DNA from: Chlorokybus atmophyticus
Lineage: Eukaryota > Plantae > Mesostigma and Chlorokybus algae
Direction: 5' to 3'
Assembly (NCBI GenBank): GCA_009103225.1
Contig: RHPI01001855.1
Location: 62,001-126,000, forward strand
Length of the DNA stretch: 64,000 nt
The translations under genes were made by a program, and so were the position numbers. Every line of letters starts with the position of its first letter. The first letter of the stretch is position 1. Of the stretch, positions 60,821-64,000 are shown piece by piece. The notes below the pieces were generated by a model. The model searched no databases, was not told the DNA's origin, and saw nothing but the letters and a program-made list of their open reading frames with translations.

Positions 60821-62415
60821 AGTCGTGCTGGTGGGGCGGGCGTAATTGCAGGTGAAGCCCTCAAGCAGCAGTGATTCGAGCTCGTCTATAAGTGGCTTCA
60901 AAAAGGGGTCCATGTTGTCAACCCCCTTGGGAAGCTGATCTTTGGGCACAAAACCGACAGGAAGAAGCGAAGACGTCTGCGCGCTCAACAACTTGCCTCC
61001 GTTCAAGATGGCCACGTTGATCATCAGCGTGTTGTGGGGGTTGGTGCTGGCTGTGGTGAAGCCGTCCCAGTGGCCAATGAAGGTGGTTCCTCGAGTCACC
61101 GTAGGCCATATGCTTAAAAGGACAGGTGACCTGCTCGCAGGTGCGACACCGAAACCTCCGCTGCGGCCCATCATCACTGTCGCCTTCAGTGAAGTGGTGA
61201 CCTGGTCTGTGAACTGTCTGGCAGTGCTCTCATCTGACTAGCAGCTAGTAGGTCTTCTTGGGGTTGAAGAAGTCGGTGATCTCCCTTATACGAGCTCCAT
61301 CCCAGACTTCAGATTGACGGGCAGGAGGAACTGCTGGATCTTTGTCAAGCCGCCGCTCCCGGTGCAGCCAGGCCTGGAGCCATTGATGACAGATGGTTGA
61401 CACGCCCAGCATGAGCTGCAACCTTGGCCTGAGAGGGAGGTAGTAGAAGCTCGTGCCTTCCTTGCGTTTCTGACTGCAGTCTGGGCACTGTTCTTTTGCC
61501 ATGGCTTTGCGCTCCTTCTCGCGCTGCCGGTAGCTGGAGCGCACGGAGTCTTCGTCTTGCACAACGAGCTCAGCATTTGGATAGGGCTTGTCGAACAGGT
61601 GGCCGCAGGCACAGACAGAATAATGCGGTGTTGAAGGCATCCCCATGCCCTTAAACATGCCAATCAGGCTCTTGCAAGTAGTAGGCAGCTTGAAGCCTTC
61701 GCTCTTCTCATTAAACAATCCCTTCGTAGCCAAAACCATTAAGGAGCTTTCGCCTTTAAAGAGGACAGGGAGCAGTTTGTTGAAGCAGTCCTGCGAGACT
61801 CCAGCTTCTTCTAGAATGGATGAGATCTCGATTATCTTGTCCAGGTAAGTTGTAGACATCTGCTGCAAATTAGGCAACTTGTCTGCATCAAAGCTGTCCA
61901 AAGTGGGTTGCACAGTAGGAATGCTCCTCAGCCGTCTGGCCGCCTCGTCTTTGGCTAAGTGCGCATCGATGATCAAGCGCGGCTGCATGATCTGCGACAC
62001 AATAAGGGTGTGTAAGCAATGTGCATGCATGGTCACTCTTTATCAGCGCTGGCCAAGCGAAGCAACTTACCAAGCCTTTGCACTTGGAGCAGAGGCAAAG
62101 GTCGCGACTAAAGGTTAGAGGCTGCTCAGGCTCAGGCTCTTGGTTGCCAGAATGATCAGATTGCTCGGCGGCTCCAAAGTCCGGCATCTCTGGAGAAGAT
62201 TGTTCTGCTGTCTGCTGGTTGGACAGGTGTGGTTGATCTTCAGGCGCAGGCTCGGGCTCCAAGGCAGACGCAGCTGCAAGTTCGGGCTCCAAGGCAGACG
62301 CAGGTGCAGGCTCATGCTCCAAGGCAGATGCAGGTGCAGGCAGCTGCAAATCACCTCCTCCTCCAGTGAGGTACGGGCTGATGTTTGTTGAACGCGCTTG
62401 CTGGGCGGCCCTCAT
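60818..62415 (-). pseudogene. N-terminal half of a second, distinct CACTA/Plavaka-like (Transposase_21-type) transposase
   Basis: Motifs: CLCSKC, CACGH..CPDC, FYYLPLRPRLQ, SEVWDGAR, HWDGF and MDPFLKPLIDELESL..EG. A 30-bp PAPASALEPE tandem repeat lies at ~62240-62345. Truncated at the Copia junction. Confidence 0.75.
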
Positions 62416-62925
62416 CTCTTTAAGCAGTGACCGTTTAGCACGTACACTGGCTTTGCGTGGCTTCCCACCAGCATGCTTGATTGGTGCAAGCGTTTCATCA
62501 AACTGCTCACGCTCGCGCAGAACAGCAGACTGTTGAACAATGCGTCCTGTTGGTCATGAGCTAAACATCGCAACTTAGCGCGCGTCGAAAAGCCGAGTAT
62601 TGTGCACGCGATGCTTGCAAATGTAGACGTGTATAGAAACTGGCGGGGTATAAAACCCCTGGACTTGTATGGCATTAATGGTAGTAGCAGCCGTACTCTT
62701 GTTGATGTTGTTAGCGTGTCACTTGCACGTGTGTATGTCAATAGGTTATGGGCGCACACATGCTTGTGTAGGTTGATGGAGTGTGTTACGATTGTGTGAG
62801 TAGCTGTAGTTGCTTGATGTGGAGTAGGTTGTAAGATCTGCAAGTAGCAGAGGGGCAGCCACGGCCACAAGCATGGATGGCTTGAAGTGCACAATGAAAC
62901 CACTAGACGTTAATAACTACAACAT

Positions 62926-63561
62926 ATGGAGCGTGAAGATGGAGCTACTATTGGCCTACAACGAGCTGTGGAAGTATCTGGATCCGGCGGAGGCACCTTT
63001 GTAGGCATAGCGAGTGTCTGGGCAACACAAGGGAGAAAAGTTTTGATTTTGATATGCTTGCACATGGCTGATCATTACCTGGTGCTGGTGAAGGAGTGCC
63101 AGAGTGCACAGGAGCTTTGAACGAAGTTGGATAGCCATTTCAAGTCGCGCAACATAGCGAGGAGACTGCAGCTGAGGCAGGAGCTCAACTCATTGCGCAA
63201 GGAGAGCGGGGAGCCCATTGTCAAGTTCATGGAGCGAGCGAAGGTGTTGTGGAGTGACTTGCTAGGTGTTGGCCACGAGCTCAAGGAAGTTGAGGTGGTG
63301 GTGTGGGCTGTGCTCTCCGGTTTGCCCAAAGAGTATAGGGTTGTTGTCACTATCTTGGAGTCTGGGAAGGAGGACTTGTCAATGGATGGGGTGACACCAA
63401 TATCACTTCAAGAAGAGCAGCGCTCGAGGAAGGAGGACGACGATGGAGAGGGAGCACCTGGAGGTGGAGGTGCTGTGGCATGCGAAGAAGGGCACACGAA
63501 GCAGTCATGTGGAGTGTTGGCATTGCGGGGAGCGTGGTCACATCCAGTGGTATTGTCCTAA
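62926..63561 (+). pseudogene. Ty1/Copia gag (Retrotran_gag_2/UBN2-like) fragment
   Basis: SAQEL*.KL..HF...ARRLQLRQELNSLRK..GE.I..F..RAK.L, VLSGLPKEY..VVT.LE, and a degenerate knuckle CEEGHTKQSC. Confidence 0.85.
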
Positions 63562-64000
63562 GGTGAAGAAGGCTGATGGTGAGTAGTCGACTTCGATGTT
63601 GACCTCGTGGACGTCCCTAAGGGGTGTGGTCATTGTGGGGTCGGTAGACTCAAGGGCAGGAATCTCCTCTGTTGGTGAGGTGGTGTTAATCCGGCTACCT
63701 GACCGTAACGCGGCTACAACAAACATGACCGCCACGGTGGGAGTTGCTGCTGCGAGGCCGAGCTCGTGCCGAGCTCCGGTTGCATTGTTGGTGCTGCGGT
63801 GAGGGTTGCGACTGAGGCCATCAGCGTCCTGGTTGGTGAGGCCGGCACGGTGGTCGATCTCAAAGTCATACTCCTGCAGCAACAGAGCCCAGCGAGCAAG
63901 TTTTTAGGTTAGATGTTGGTTGGTCATCAACCACTTGAGTGGCTGATGACCAACAATGTCGGTGATCAGCTGGAATTGTCAACCACAGAGGAACGGTCTA
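63560..64000 (-). mobile_element. Ty3/gypsy RNase H C-terminal fragment (runs off the window)
   Basis: HQPLKWLMTN..KLARWALLLQEYDFEIDHRAG..N.DADGLSR.P. Confidence 0.85.

Overview
Eukaryotic nuclear DNA from the green-plant lineage, probably a green alga. The lineage call is inferred from a plant CYPRO4-like VID27 gene, GIL1/IRKI-like genes and chromodomain retrotransposons. The first ~21 kb is host-like: an inverted, head-to-head pair of GIL1/IRKI-like genes (one apparently intact, one a pseudogene), a 10-exon VID27 gene with a GC-AG intron, and an unexplained double hairpin upstream of VID27. From ~22 kb to 64 kb is a nested transposon pile. Its scaffold is a decayed minus-strand CACTA/EnSpm element, with a Transposase_21/DUF4218/DUF4216-type transposase followed by Ulp1 and OTU-like protease exons. 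Four things interrupt or sit in this scaffold. (i) A 5'-truncated L1/Tx1-like LINE, itself split by an 8.7-kb Ty3/gypsy chromovirus (TSD GTCCA) that carries a Dam-like adenine-methyltransferase remnant before the protease. (ii) A near-intact, very young 6-kb chromovirus (TSD CAACC) with a -1 frameshift signal. (iii) An 8.3-kb unclassified insertion with GGACCA-N4-TGGTCC palindromes at both ends and no TSD. (iv) A DUF659-type hAT element nested inside (iii). The right end holds a second CACTA-like transposase fragment, Copia RT and gag fragments, and a gypsy RNase H fragment. All family calls come from motif recognition by eye; no database search was run. There are three N gaps (3235-3379, 12445-12517, 47448-47760).
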